Shown here one piece after another: positions 38,966-52,846 of a stretch of DNA of 64,000 bases. Within the stretch, counting starts at the first letter, position 1. Each line of letters begins with the position of its first letter. Source of the stretch: Octopus sinensis (taxonomy: Eukaryota); the NCBI RefSeq assembly GCF_006345805.1, contig NC_042997.1, positions 134,788,001-134,852,000 on the forward strand. Reading direction: 5' to 3'. Both the position numbers and the translations under genes were made by a program. The notes under the pieces were generated by a model, which ran no database searches, was not told the origin of the DNA, and worked only from the letters and a program-made list of their open reading frames with translations.

Positions 38966-39200
38966 CAGAAATTAGAAACAAACAAACAGAGAAACGAGAC
39001 ACGGAAATTCCCTTCATGAGTTGTCCCGTGTTTTATCTCCTTCGCTTTTCGAAGGTAGGGACAAGACGCGACTTATTTAAAACAGTCCTTCCCGCAAAGC
39101 AAATTAAGTAAAGTTTGGGATATTTTGCGGAGGGTGAAAGTGGTAACAAAAACAGAACAGTGAGAACAAAACAGTAAAAACAAACGGTGAGGGCTGTTAA

Positions 39201-39242
<42 letters not shown>

Positions 39243-39789
39243 AGCAGGTAGACACGAAATTAACAGAGGGCGATAACCGGCACCAGTATTGATAGAGATA
39301 AGCGTCAAAACAACTCAATAGCCATGGGCTGACAAGAGAGGGAAAACTATTAATACCCAGATTTTATTAAAGGCACGAAATTAGTATATCTGATCGATAA
39401 CTGAAGATGGATAAGTGTCCTTGTTTATGTCCTACGTATACGTTTTGTTGTAGTTAATGCATGATGAGCGCTAGCCACTAAAGTTTTTCTTATTCTCTCT
39501 CTGTTTATTTTCTTGTGTTCCTTTCTGTTGAAGTGCATATTTTCGAAACGTAAAAGACTTTCTCCCCTTCCCGAGCGTTTAACTAATACACCTGTTTCTC
39601 TATTACACACCTGTTTTCCTCTTCTGTATGTTTTTCGTGTATTCCAACTATATATATGTATATATATATATATATATAAATTAACAATTGAGGATAAAAT
39701 CTTTAAAAGAAATTATCAGTAGTTAGCGTGAAAAACCTCGAAAGAGTAAAAATCCGTAAATTTTTCCACTTTGAAAATATTTATTTATA

Positions 39790-40038
39790 TTATATTGAAG
39801 GTACTACTATTCGTAGATACCACACGCTAAAGAGGGACCAATGCGGTCAAAACTACTAAAATAAACAAAATTTTACCGAATGCAAAACTTCAAAGCAAAT
39901 CATTTAAAAAAATTCTTTTTTTAAATGATTTGCTTTGAAGTTTTGCATTCGGTAAAATTTTGTTTATTTTAGTAGTTTTGACCGCATTGGTCCCTCTTTA
40001 GCGTGTGGTATCTACAAATAGTAGTACCCTCAATATAA
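39790..40038. repeat. Near-perfect palindrome, ~123-bp arms, 3-nt loop
   Basis: tatattgaaggtactactatt...aaaaaaa-ttc-ttttttt...aatagtagtaccctcaatata. Confidence 0.9.
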
Positions 40039-40039
40039 A

Positions 40040-40084
<45 letters not shown>

Positions 40085-40305
40085 CATATATAGGCGTGGA
40101 TGCCCGAGTGTGTTTGTGTGCGTGCATGGATACGATGGGGATCGTGCAGCTTCCATATACCAGCTCCACTCAAAAAGCTCTCGTCTGAAGCGAATGTAGT
40201 GGAAGTTACTTGTCGATGGAATGAGCCAGAACCTGGAGCCATGTTGCTGGAAAGCAAGCTTCAATCCACAATGGCACACCTACATATACATACATACATA
40301 CATAC

Positions 40306-41105
40306 ATTCTGATCATTAAAGCATCCATTATGGATTACCATCTCCCACTTTTAAAGGTATGCGTTTGCAATCCAGGAAAAAGAAATCTCAATCAAATTCC
40401 TCATACAAAAAAGGGATAGAGATGTAGGAAAAGCAGAAAAATGTGACAACCGATGTAGACTTTGTGGAGTTCACACTGAAAATAGTACCCATACCATAAG
40501 CTGTTGTCCGAAACTGTTATCACATTATCATCTAACGATGAGACATGATGCTTTGGCGAGGAGACTGTATAATGAAATCCATCGGAAGGATGACACCGAG
40601 GACAAATAAGAAGCTAGAGCATGGTAGAAGATATAGCCACTCATAATAAAAAGGAGTACTGGTGGATTGTCCTAGTGAAGACTTTAGTAAAACGTAATAA
40701 CAGACCTGATATAATGATTTGGGATAGAGAGGAGAAACTGTGTACATTTGTGGGAATTAGCTGCCCAGCGGATATTAACATAAAGCTGAAGATCTGTGCA
40801 AAAGATACGATCTATGCAGAACTATTGAAAAATCTGCAGTTACTCTATCCAGATTACAAGTTCAGGATTATACCTGTAATTAATGAGGTCATGTGATATG
40901 TACAACACTGCCGAGATACTAATCTTGAGAAATTAGGCTTCTCAAAACCAAAAAGGAGAGAGCTAATTCGAAGAGTACGGATCCAATCCATCACTGGAGC
41001 TGTAAAGCTTTCCAGAAATTTATAATTTAAATATGTTGGAGGACGTCTAGATACGCAACTATATACATGAGAATACATCGATAAAACAAAACCTACAAAT
41101 TTGCA
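40306..41105 (+). mobile_element. 5'-truncated R4/Dong-like non-LTR retrotransposon (RLE domain) within (TACA)n
   Basis: CRLCGVHTENSTHTISCCPKL (CCHC), RHD, NRPDIMIWD...ISCPADINI..K...Y; (TACA)n at 40281-40305 and ~41104-41200. Confidence 0.8.
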
Positions 41106-41221
41106 CACATACATACGTACATAGATACCTTCATACATACATACATACATACATACATACATACATACATACATACATACATACATACATACATACATAC
41201 TATAATACATGCATACCTACA

Positions 41222-41332
41222 AACAAAAATATGCTGTTGTTGGTGTTGAAATTCCAATGAAGGAGCCTCAGATTTAGTTTAGAAACCGGCTCTTTATCTA
41301 TTGGTAAGAAACCATGAAATAAGACTGAACAA
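41222..41332 (+). repeat. ~110-bp microsatellite-associated interspersed element
   Basis: Homolog of 19226-19337. Confidence 0.7.
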
Positions 41333-41664
41333 AGAAGAAAAATGGCGGACTGTCTAATTACAAAAGACGTCTTGAGGATGTAGTGCGTGGCCCAAGAAAT
41401 GGTCTATCTCACCCGGATGTGAAAAGGGCAGCAGCTGAACAACAATCTTTTTTTGGGCATGGCACAAAGGATTGTCCAGCTACTGACCTGGCTTCAAACA
41501 AAAACCTGGAACTACATCCACCACCATACAAGGCCACCACCAACAACTTATACAGGATGGTCACTACTAACACCAACACACACATCACAAAAATATTTCT
41601 TCTGGATATAGAAGGGCTGTTGCAGGGCAACTGTAAAATATATTGTGTGTGTGTGTGTATGTCT

Positions 41665-41709
<45 letters not shown>

Positions 41710-41888
41710 CATACATATATACATATATACATACATATATATACACACACTCATACATATATACATACACACACACACGCACACACACATATATATATGT
41801 GTGTGTGTGTGCTGATAGATAGATAGAGAGATAGAGAGATAAGTATGTATGTAGGTAAGTAGGTAGGTATATAGATAGATAGATAGAT

Positions 41889-41941
<53 letters not shown>

Positions 41942-42269
41942 TAGCAGACAATATAAACTGCATAATGTACTTAAAATAGAACGAGAAAGTACTTGCGCCA
42001 ACGTATTTTACATTCAATCGCCGACTTACTTAATCTTTCCCACACCACGCTATGTGATAACCAGGTAAGTAAACAAACAATAAAAGAAAACATAAGCTAT
42101 GTTGTTGTTACTTTAACCTTTCTTCTCTTTATAAATAATAATTTAGTATTGGTCTGATAAGTGTTAAAATCCCAACGAAATCATTTTCTTTACCGGAAGG
42201 ATATTCTTTCCTGAATTTTAAAATTCTATCGTGTAAGATTGACGTCATATGTTTATCTCGTTATGCCAA

Positions 42270-42440
42270 ACTTTCCCTGGTTGATTCAACGTCGAAAAGG
42301 AGGATCTATTCAGAGACGAAGACAGGATCCTAAGAATATTATGTGTTTGCTGAGATATGAAAGGTGTGGTCTATGATGAAGTGCTTAACCACAACGAAAT
42401 AATTAATGCGGGGACGTATACATTGTGATTCTGCAATTAA
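42270..42440 (+). mobile_element. Mariner transposase fragment
   Basis: CVC*DMKGVVYDEVLNHNEIINAGTY matches LCVWWDxKGVVYYELL...TI.A..Y; mariner-like TIR remnants near 41990 and 46260-46285. Confidence 0.65.
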
Positions 42441-43488
42441 TAATGAGGGAAAGGATTTTGTGGATTAATTAAATCCATTCAGATGGAAGAATGATCTTCT
42501 ACATTCGCCTCTTGACATGCAACAGGGAATTCTTTACAATGAGACATCAATATTGAAAGACGACACAATTAAGATTTACTTTAAGAAAAATGAGAAAAAA
42601 AATTACTGCTGACCTTATGAAGGTAAAGACAACCAAAGTAATTTGGAAAGTTTTATATATATTATATTGTTTTATTCTCTTATTTGTTTCAGTCATTTCA
42701 CTGCGGCCATGCAGGAGAACCGCGTTTAGTCAGGAAAATCGATCCCAGGACTTATTCTTTGTAAGCCTAGTACTTATACTATCGGTTTCTTTTGCCGGAC
42801 TGCTAACTTATGGGGACTTAAACACGCCGGCATCGGGTGTCAAGCAAATGTTGTGGGGACAAACAAACACACACAAACACATACACACACACACACACAT
42901 ACTCACACATACATACATACATATATACATACATACATGTATATATATAAATATATATATATATTCAGCAAATAAGAAAATGGAGAGGATCGAAAACCAC
43001 ATACATCAGCTGGTAGATATTCAGGTCTGTCTATTTATTCCAAAGCATAAGAAAGTATCAAAAGAATACTTACACATGCAGTAACTATGCTTTACACACA
43101 CACACTCACACACATGTATTATTATTACCTAATTTTTAACTGCCTACAACTTCAACAAAATTGACATGTATGGTTACAAAACATTACTTTTTCCAAAGGC
43201 TGAAACAGCTGTAAGTGATTTTGACGATTTTAATAATTCATATTAAGTTTTTTTTTTTTATTGTATTCTTATCTTATATGTATTGAACTTTATAATGTAC
43301 ATATGTATGTTATTATGGTTGTCGTTTTGATAAATATATAACTCAACATTCTAATATCCTGAAGCTGATAAACCAACTAAATAAAATGTTCGTAAAATTT
43401 ATATCCACATCTTTGTCTATATATCTACCTTCTCTATATTGTTATCACTTGATATGAAAATTATGTATTAATGGAAAACCTCTATTAA

Positions 43489-43572
43489 TGGCTGATGAGT
43501 GCTCAGCATTTTAAAACTGTTGTAATACTTACAACATTTAATAAAATGATGTAGTGCGAAACGATCGTACCA
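43489..43572 (+). ncRNA. Type I hammerhead ribozyme motif
   Basis: tgg-CTGATGA-gtgct...[long hairpin]...agtgc-GAAAC-gatc-GTA-cca: intact core, palindromic helix III (ACGATCGT), GUA triplet, 3-bp stem I. Confidence 0.75.
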
Positions 43573-43604
43573 AATTAACGAAGTTATTAATGTTGCTTAT
43601 TTGG

Positions 43605-43645
<41 letters not shown>

Positions 43646-43912
43646 AATGTATGTATGTACATATATATATACATATATATTTTAATATATATATATGTAT
43701 ATATATATATGTATAATATATACACATATATATGTACACATGCCTATTTACATATATATATATATTTACCAAAGTAATTTGCCAAATTACTTTGGTTGTT
43801 TTACCTTCATAAGTACGGTAGTAATATATTTTCATTTTTTAAAAAGTAAATCTTAATTGTATCCTCTTTCTATATTAATATCTTTTTGTAATGTTTGCGT
43901 TTACTTCGTGGG

Positions 43913-43959
<47 letters not shown>

Positions 43960-43964
<5 letters not shown>

Positions 43965-44470
43965 AAAGGGCTTAGTAAAATAAATTACTTTGCCGCATAC
44001 TGAACTCATTAGAAATAGCAGCCAAAGAAAACTTTTTTAAAACTATTTCTAATACTTAAAGAAAACCTCTCTCATATAGTGTTTGCTCAATTCAACTCAC
44101 GCAAATATGGGGGTAGAGACATTAAAAAATCAAGTGCAAAGGTTATTTGAGAACGTACGTTTCAAGATTAGTCAACACGACATTTCTATCATCAGCTCAG
44201 AACTCCCTGGTTTGGATTTGAAAACACTGAAAGTGGGAGCATACCCTTTCGGCTTCCTCTCGCTTCAGAAGATCTGCTCGTAACTAACAGTGCCAACAAA
44301 CTAAAAAATGCAAGCGAAGAATTTCTGCTCTCCCCTTTCCACAAGCGTGGGTTAAAATCAGTAAACACTATGCTTTTTTCGGTAAAATCCGCGGCATTAT
44401 ATAGAGAGAGATGAATTATAATTTCAACAATTGAGGGTAAAATTAATTAATTAATCAATTCCACCAAGTA
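43960..44470. mobile_element. Diverged copy of the 23833-25040 Penelope-type element
   Basis: Colinear with ~23840-24310 plus its tail; left flank is (TA)n. Confidence 0.7.
44147..44200 (-). ncRNA. Type I hammerhead ribozyme motif
   Basis: tgag-CTGATGA-tagaaatgtc..gactaatctt-GAAAC-gtac-GTT-ctca. Confidence 0.65.
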
Positions 44471-44832
44471 TTATTAATTGAATTTAAATTATTGTTATTC
44501 GAATTAGGTTATGGGCATGAAACGATCGTAGTGGTTTTACTTTTTATCTTATATTAAATTTGTTAATACTTTTTGATAGTTATACATATTTTTTAAAAGA
44601 ATAAATAAATAAATAAAAAAAAATAAATAAAAATAAAAGTTTAAAAATATGCATATATAAAAATTTATAAATATAAATTAATAATTTTAAATTTTTAACT
44701 CTAAATTTAAATAATTTAAATTTTGAATTTTATATCTTATATATTTTGTATATTATATTAATTAATTTTGTTTCTATGTTTTGGTTTATGTTTTTCACTG
44801 ATTTGCCTAATAGTGGTTTTATCTCTAATTTA

Positions 44833-44874
<42 letters not shown>

Positions 44875-44918
44875 CAATAATAAATCTCTGAACGAGATAT
44901 AAACAGTAACCGCTCGAC

Positions 44919-45230
44919 AACGTAAGGGGTATTAGCCATCTGAATGTGGCTAGCCACTGGGGGGGGGTTACTAATGCTTTTAGCCCCAGGCGATCAACGT
45001 CACCAGAAGGACTTTAGACATTATCTCAGTGCCCTTGTGATAATTGCAAAGGGGGGTCATCCTCCCTCGAAGACCCGAGTACTACATACGGACTATAGTT
45101 TCAAAACACAAGGGCACTGAGAAAGTGTCTAAAGTCCTTCTGGTGACGTTGATCGCCTGGGGCTAAAAGCATCAGTAACAACCCCCCCCCCAGTGGCTAG
45201 CCACATTCAGATGGCTAATATCCCTTACGT

Positions 45231-45231
<1 letters not shown>
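44919..45231. mobile_element. Fold-back insertion (~120-bp arms, 67-nt spacer) in (TA)n
   Basis: Arms 44919-45039 / 45107-45231; absent from the paralogous positions (~38430, ~62630). Confidence 0.8.
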
Positions 45232-45261
<30 letters not shown>

Positions 45262-45998
45262 TCACCTACCACTCTATCTAACTGTCTACCTATCTATCTT
45301 TCTCTCTACCTTTCTGTCCTACTATCTATCTATCTGCTATATATAAGTATATATATATAATATATAAACATATATATATATATATATATATGTTTATATA
45401 CATATATATGTATATATACATGCATATATGGGTACAGGACTTAAAAAAAACTGGACAAAATGAGAAACGAGAACATAAAAAGCAAAAACATAGAAAACGA
45501 ATTTTTTTCGAACAACGAAAGAAACAAGCAAACAGAAAGCGGTGAGCTGGCAGAAACGTTAGAACGCCGGGCGAAATGCGTAGACGTATTTCGTCTGCCG
45601 TTAGGTTCTGAGTTCAAATTTCTCTGTGGTCGACTTTGCCTTTCATCCTTTCGGGAGCGATAAATTAAGTACCAGCTACGCACTGTGGTCGATCTAATCG
45701 ACTTAATCCCTTTGTCTGTCCTTGTTTGTCCCCTCTATGTTTAGCCCCTTTTGGGCAATACAGAAATTAGAAACAAACAAACAGAGAAACGAGACACGGA
45801 AATTCCCTTCATGAGTTGTCCCCTGTTTTATCTCCTTCGCTTTTCGAAGGTAGGGACAAGACGCGACTTCTTTAAAACAGTACTTCCCACAAAGCAAATT
45901 AAATAAAGTTTGGGATATTTTGCGGAGGGTGAAAGTGGTAACAAAAACAGAACAGTGAGAACAAAACAGTAAAAACAAACGGTGAGGGCTGTTAAGCC

Positions 45999-46029
<31 letters not shown>

Positions 46030-46326
46030 CATAGGCAGGTAGACACGAAATTAACAGAGGGCGATAACCGGCACCAGTATTGATAGAGATAAGCGTCAAA
46101 ACAACTCAATAGCCATGGGCTGACAAAACAGGGAAAACTATTAATACCCAGTTTTATTAAGGGCACGAAATTAGTATATCTGATCGATAACAGAAGATGG
46201 ATATGTGTCCTTGTTTATGTCCTTCGTTGCTCTACTGCTATGGGAAGTGGGTCAGGGGCATTACTTATTGAACGCCCCTCGTATATATGAAAATATATAG
46301 GCGTGGATGCCCGAGTGTGTATATCG

Positions 46327-46385
<59 letters not shown>

Positions 46386-46939
46386 TCTGTAGCAGACAAT
46401 ATAAACTGCATAATGTACTTAAAATAGAACGAGAAGGTACTTGGGCCAACGTATTTTACATTCAATCGACGACTTAATTAATCCTTCCCACACCCACGCT
46501 ATGTGATAACCAGGTAAGTAAACAAACAATAAAAGAAAACATAAGCTATGTTGTTGTAACCAAAGTAATTTGGAAAGTTTTATATATATTATATTGTTTT
46601 ATTCTCTTATTTGTTTCAGTCACTTCACTGCGGCCATGCAGGAGAACCGCCTTTAGTCAAGCAAATCGAGCCCAGAACTAATTCTTTGTAAGCCTAGTAC
46701 TTATACTATCGGTTTCTTTTGCCGAAGTGCTAACTTGTGGGGACTGAAACACGCCGGCATCGGTTCTCAAGCAAATGCTGTGGGGCAAAGAAACACACAC
46801 ACACACACACACACACATACATGCATACATACATTCATACATACATACATTCATACATACATACATACATACATACATGTATATATATATGTATATATCT
46901 ATGTATATATATATGTATATATATATATATATGTATATG

Positions 46940-46987
<48 letters not shown>

Positions 46988-47261
46988 AGGTTTGCTGAAT
47001 ACGATCAACGGAACAGCTGGCTCGTGAAATTAACGTGCAACTAGCTGAGCATTCAACAGACACGATTCAATGGGATACAAAGTGTTACAAGTTTGGCCCT
47101 TTGAAATACAGGTACTACTCATTTTTATCAGGTTAGTGGACCGGTGCAGCGTGAAATAAAGCGTGTTGCTCAAGGACACAACTCGTCGCCGGGAATTTGA
47201 ATCACTACCTTACCATCCTTAGAGCCGAATGCCTTAACCACTAAGTTACGCCCCTTCATAT

Positions 47262-47598
47262 ACATAGGGTAAAGACCCCCTTCGGTCATGAATGACCATG
47301 GGATTGCACCTAGAAAGTTACCCTCCTAGACACAAGTCCGGGCAAAGTTGTTTTATGGAAGACCAGCAGTCGCCCATGCATACCAGCCTCCCCTCTCCAC
47401 ACCACTGATGTTATCCAAGGGAAAAGCAACAGCAGATACAGCTTGGCACAAGTGACGACGCAACTCATTTCTACAGCTGAGTGAACTGGAGCAACGTGAA
47501 ATAAAATGTCTTGCTCAAGAACACAACACGCAGCCCGGTCCGGGATTCGAGCTCACAACCTCACGATCGTAAGCTTGACGCTCTAACCACTGAGCCAT
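47262..47598 (-). mobile_element. tRNA-derived CORE-like SINE, well preserved
   Basis: tggctcagtggttagagcg...tcgaatcccgg head, CORE-like body, 3' tail. Confidence 0.75.
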
Positions 47599-47637
47599 AT
47601 ACATACACACATACACACACACACACACATACACACC

Positions 47638-47674
<37 letters not shown>

Positions 47675-48315
47675 TCAGCAAATAAGAAAATGGAGAAGAT
47701 CCAAAACCACATGCCTCAGCTGGTAGTTATTCATGTGTGTCTATTTATTCCAAAGCATTAGAAAGTATTAGAAGAATACTTACACATGCAGTAATTATGC
47801 TTTACACACACACTCACACACATATATTATTATTACCTCATTTTTTACTGCCTACAACTTCAACAAAATTGACATGTATGGGTACAAAAAATTACATTTT
47901 CCAAAGGCTGAAACAGCTGTAAGAGGTTTTGACGATTAATAATTTATATTAAGTTTTTCTTTAATTGTATACTTATCTTATATGTATTGCATTTTATAAT
48001 GTACATATGTATATTATTATGGTTGTCGTTTTGATAAATATATAACTCAACATCCTAATATCCTAAAGCTGATAAACCAACTAAATAAAATGTTCTTAAA
48101 ATTTAAATCCACATCTTTGTCTATATATCTACCTTCTCTATATTGTTATCACTTGATATGAAAATTATGTATTAATCGAAAACCTCTATTAATGGTTAAT
48201 GAGTGCTCAGCATTCTAAAACTGTTGTAATACTTACAACATTTAATAAAATGATGTAGTGCGAAACGATCGTACCAAATTACCGAAGTTATTATTGTTGC
48301 TTATTTAAATATGTG

Positions 48316-48401
<86 letters not shown>

Positions 48402-50825
48402 AGTGTGTGTGTATATGCATGTACATGTATATACATATATATATGTATGTATATATATGTATAGTATATACACATATATATGTATACATGCATATTTATA
48501 TATATATATATATACATATATTCTTTTATACCAGGACAGATTCTAACCGTAACTTTTGTCTTACCAGGATGTTGCAGGAATGTTAACACGCCAAAACCGC
48601 TTCCTGATCGGTCATGCGGGTGACAAACACACACTCAAAAACAAACGGACGCACACACATACACGCATTTGCACACACACACATATTCAACGGGCTTCTT
48701 TTAGTTTCCGTCTATGAAATCCACTCACAAGGCTTTGGACCGCCCGAGGCTATAGTAAAACACACTTGCCTGAGGTGACACGTATTCAGACTGTATCCGG
48801 ACCCTATGATTGGGAAGCCAGCTCCTTACTACAAAGCCACGGCACACACAAAATTGGTTATATATATCTTGTACCGATCAGTTATAGGTGGTTTAATAAG
48901 AATTACTCCCTCCAGCGAGAGCGAAACATTGTTCAATATAAACAAGAATTAAATGTGAGCATCTGTAAGTGCGATACTTCTGACATTATTACAGCCGGAG
49001 TTTGTATTGCATCTTGTATATCATCATGTAAGCGTTGAAGCGGAAACGCAATGCAGCTGTTATCTGAGAAATAGCAAGAAATAAGGGGAGAAACATAGTA
49101 AGGAGGTAGGGAGAGTAAAAAAATAAAAGCAAAAAATGAGAAAAGGAAACATGTGAAAATGAATAGAAGGATGATAGATAAGAGTTGTGTCCCTTTGAAT
49201 AGGAATTGTTTTGCGAGATGAATTCGACGGTGAAATTTTTTCGAGACTCTATGAAAAATTATATCATTTTAAATATGTACAGCTAATTGGAGTAGCTACT
49301 CTACTTCGATCAGTGGAAATGTGGGTTTGTGTTTATCGGTATGCAATTAATTTGACATGAAAATAAGTATGTTTTAAAATTTATTGTGATATATTTATGC
49401 GCTATCAATATAGCCTCCATAACGTCCACCGCGTCCATTCTTTACATGCGTAAGTTGGCAAACTCTAGCACAGAAGTTTTGGGATTCTTCGGCTACACTC
49501 ACCATGGAAGCCTTGCCAGAGGTTAGACCACTGTTGCATGCAAACAGTTTCGTGGATCGATAAGAGGAAGCTGGGTGTTATGTGAGACCCAAAGCGGTCG
49601 AACAACATAGAAGTGCATTTCACGTACCACTGTCAGAGTTACTTCTTCCTTCACATAACCCATGTGTCGCATTCGAAATTCGAAATGCGCAACTCCACGC
49701 CTTCAGTTTCAGCAAACAACCAGTGCCCTACATGCGGTAGTACCTATTGGGCACGCATCGGTCTAATTGGGCAAGGAGTAACCGTGCTCCCTCTTCTCCG
49801 GCCATGTGACTTCCTTGCTTATGTATTTCATTATACCACGCATTTCATTTATGCCTTCAATATAGAAATTGGCTTACGCAATATCTGCGTATTTTGTTTG
49901 CAGAAACAAGTTGAGTACTTGACTTGAACTTTTATTATGTTCTAGGTATGTTTCATAAGATTCTTTGGTGCTTATTTATCTTCCCAAATTTGCATGTTGT
50001 TAAATAACATCTGAAATTCTGAATTCATTACTTCGTAGTTAGCATGTACATTATGGCATTATTCCTTAAGGTACTTGGAGAAAATATTCTGTAAAATATG
50101 GATTTTTGAGAGTTTTCATTGGTTTTTGGCCTTCTTGAAATATTGTTTCGTAACACGTTAAGCAAATTGAAAACAATTCTTCGTGTATTTCTTCAATTCT
50201 TGTCTCGGTTCGTTCGTATCAGACGAGAATATATAGTGTGTCGTTCTAGTCAGGTAATACCATGAAATTTATACCTGGATTAAATGGATTAAATACTCTG
50301 AAATTTATACCTGGATTAAATGTTCCTCATGTGCCTGTTTCAAAGCCACTTCCGGCGAAATTAGATTGTATAAACAGTAAATAGTGTTAAATCAAAATTG
50401 CTCTTCCTTCCATTGTGGAGCAGGAAAACTGCTTCACTATAAAAACATATAAAAGAATAAAAGAATAGCAAAGGACACGTTCTGTATTAAAATATATTTT
50501 TATTGATATTAGAATCCAATTCTTTACAATACAATAAATATATGATATAAATTAACATATATAAGTCTTATGTCTTGCACTATAGAAAAGCAGCAGAAAA
50601 ATATATTTAAACACTTTTATAATCATTCAATGGATGATAGATATAATTCAGAAAAAAAATTAAATAAAATATTTTTTTAAATATTATTTTTTCAGTTACA
50701 GTGACATATATATGTGTGAGAGCATTTGTGTGTCTGCAAATGCACATACAAACAAACAGGTATTCACGCGTACCTCCGCTCACACACATATATATAAAAT
50801 TATATTAAAATATATACAAAAATGC

Positions 50826-50885
<60 letters not shown>

Positions 50886-51491
50886 TTCTGTGTGTGTGTG
50901 GGGGGGTGTGTTTGGGAATGTGTGTTTCACAGTTATATAACGGTTAAACTTAAATATTTATGTAAATATTACGTAAACGTTGTTGTTAGTGAGAATGTAC
51001 TGGTGACACCCTTACCTATTTTTAAGTAACCATGATATGGATATGGACTCAGAGAATCTTAGGGCTATTACAGTAATCTCCCCTTATAGAGTCGTCAATC
51101 AGTTCATGTAATCATCAATTACAAGTTTGTGACATACCAAATATCCATGGAGTCCAGCTCTCTATATTTGAATCAATTTGTGAATATAAAATTGTTTTGT
51201 ACAAGGATGAGTGGTGATATGAACGAAAATATGTAAGTATAATTCGTTGCATAGTGCAATTAATACACGAAGAAGGCTGTGAAAGGCCAGTAATTCTACG
51301 AAAGTCAGAAGTAAAATATAACATATGTTCATCTAATATATATTCATCCATCAAGCTTCCTAACTTTAAATGACATATATACATACATAAAGAAGGAGAG
51401 CGAGCGAGGGAGAGAGGGAGGGAGGGGGAGTGATGTATATATGTATATATATAGGTATACACACACATACATACATACACACACACACACG

Positions 51492-51661
<170 letters not shown>

Positions 51662-51802
51662 CAAAAAGATTCAAGTTAATTTAAATGAATTTACTTGAAT
51701 ATGGTACCTAACTTAGATGCACCAAAAAAAACTATACTGTTTTAACAATACAGTAATGTGGGGTGATTATAAGCGAGAAAGAAGCAACAAAAATGGATAG
51801 GT

Positions 51803-51893
51803 TTTTAGTACAATCGTTTCATACAAGGACAGGCTTTATTAAAAGTTGTAAAAATTACAGCATATAAACGTGTCCCGTACTCATCAGCTAAAA
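51803..51893 (-). ncRNA. Type I hammerhead ribozyme motif (mirror copy)
   Basis: Reverse complement of 52847-52937. Confidence 0.8.
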
Positions 51894-52846
51894 TACTAGG
51901 ATGTCTCTAGACATCCTAGTGGTTGAGGCTATACTCATGAAGTAATGTAGATAATTAAGTAACATAAACAGATTTCCAAAGTTCATTAAAGTTCTTTAAA
52001 GATGATGTACAGTCTTATCACAGAATTTTAAAAAAGTTCTAATAGCATCACAGAGAAGGTGACCTAATCCATAGAGCACATATGAATTTCCAGAGATATG
52101 ATGAGGGATTACATACTCACAGAAGACAAATTTATCCATTGTTAATCACAACGAGGTGGGTCTCAATTCCTGCTTATTAGCATTACAGAGAGGGTGAATT
52201 AATCCTTTGTATAGATGCACAATTTCCAATGGTGTAGATGTAAGTTTCCAGAGAAATGAAGAGGAATTTCATATTCACAGGCGATAAGTTTATCAATGGT
52301 TGAACACAATGAGGTAGGTATCAATTCTTGTTATATGATTAGGTATTAGCTACAGCCTATTGTAAATAGCAGTAATGTGATTAATGTGGCAAATACCTAA
52401 TCATATAACAAGAATTGATACCTACCTCATTGTGTTCAACCATTGATAAACTTATCGCCTGTGAATATGAAATTCCTCTTCATTTCTCTGGAAACTTACA
52501 TCTACACCATTGGAAATTGTGCATCTATACAAAGGATTAATTCACCCTCTCTGTAATGCTAATAAGCAGGAATTGAGACCCACCTCGTTGTGATTAACAA
52601 TGGATAAATTTGTCTTCTGTGAGTATGTAATCCCTCATCATATCTCTGGAAATTCATATGTGCTCTATGGATTAGGTCACCTTCTCTGTGATGCTATTAG
52701 AACTTTTTTAAAATTCTGTGATAAGACTGTACATCATCTTTAAAGAACTTTAATGAACTTTGGAAATCTGTTTATGTTACTTAATTATCTACATTACTTC
52801 ATGAGTATAGCCTCAACCACTAGGATGTCTAGAGAACTCACATGTA

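Larger units (their letters stand above)
26137..39720 (+). repeat. Segmental duplication, copy A (aligns to 48523-64000)
   Basis: Colinear identity from cttttataccaggacagattc (26137/48523) to the window end (39720/64000), roughly 3% divergence by eye in 31300-31630, plus indels. Confidence 0.95.
44471..48500 (+). repeat. Mosaic internal duplicate of ~38047-43770
   Basis: Blocks 38047-39432 ~ 44471-46225; 41810-42120 ~ 46310-46560; 42640-42960 ~ 46560-46980; 42955-43760 ~ 47670-48500. Confidence 0.85.

Noticed and set aside
39380-39430. GAAATTAGTA...CTGAAGA as a permuted hammerhead (also ~46170 and ~63660)
   Set aside because: Stem I is out of register by one base, and the core is CAGAAGA in the other two copies.
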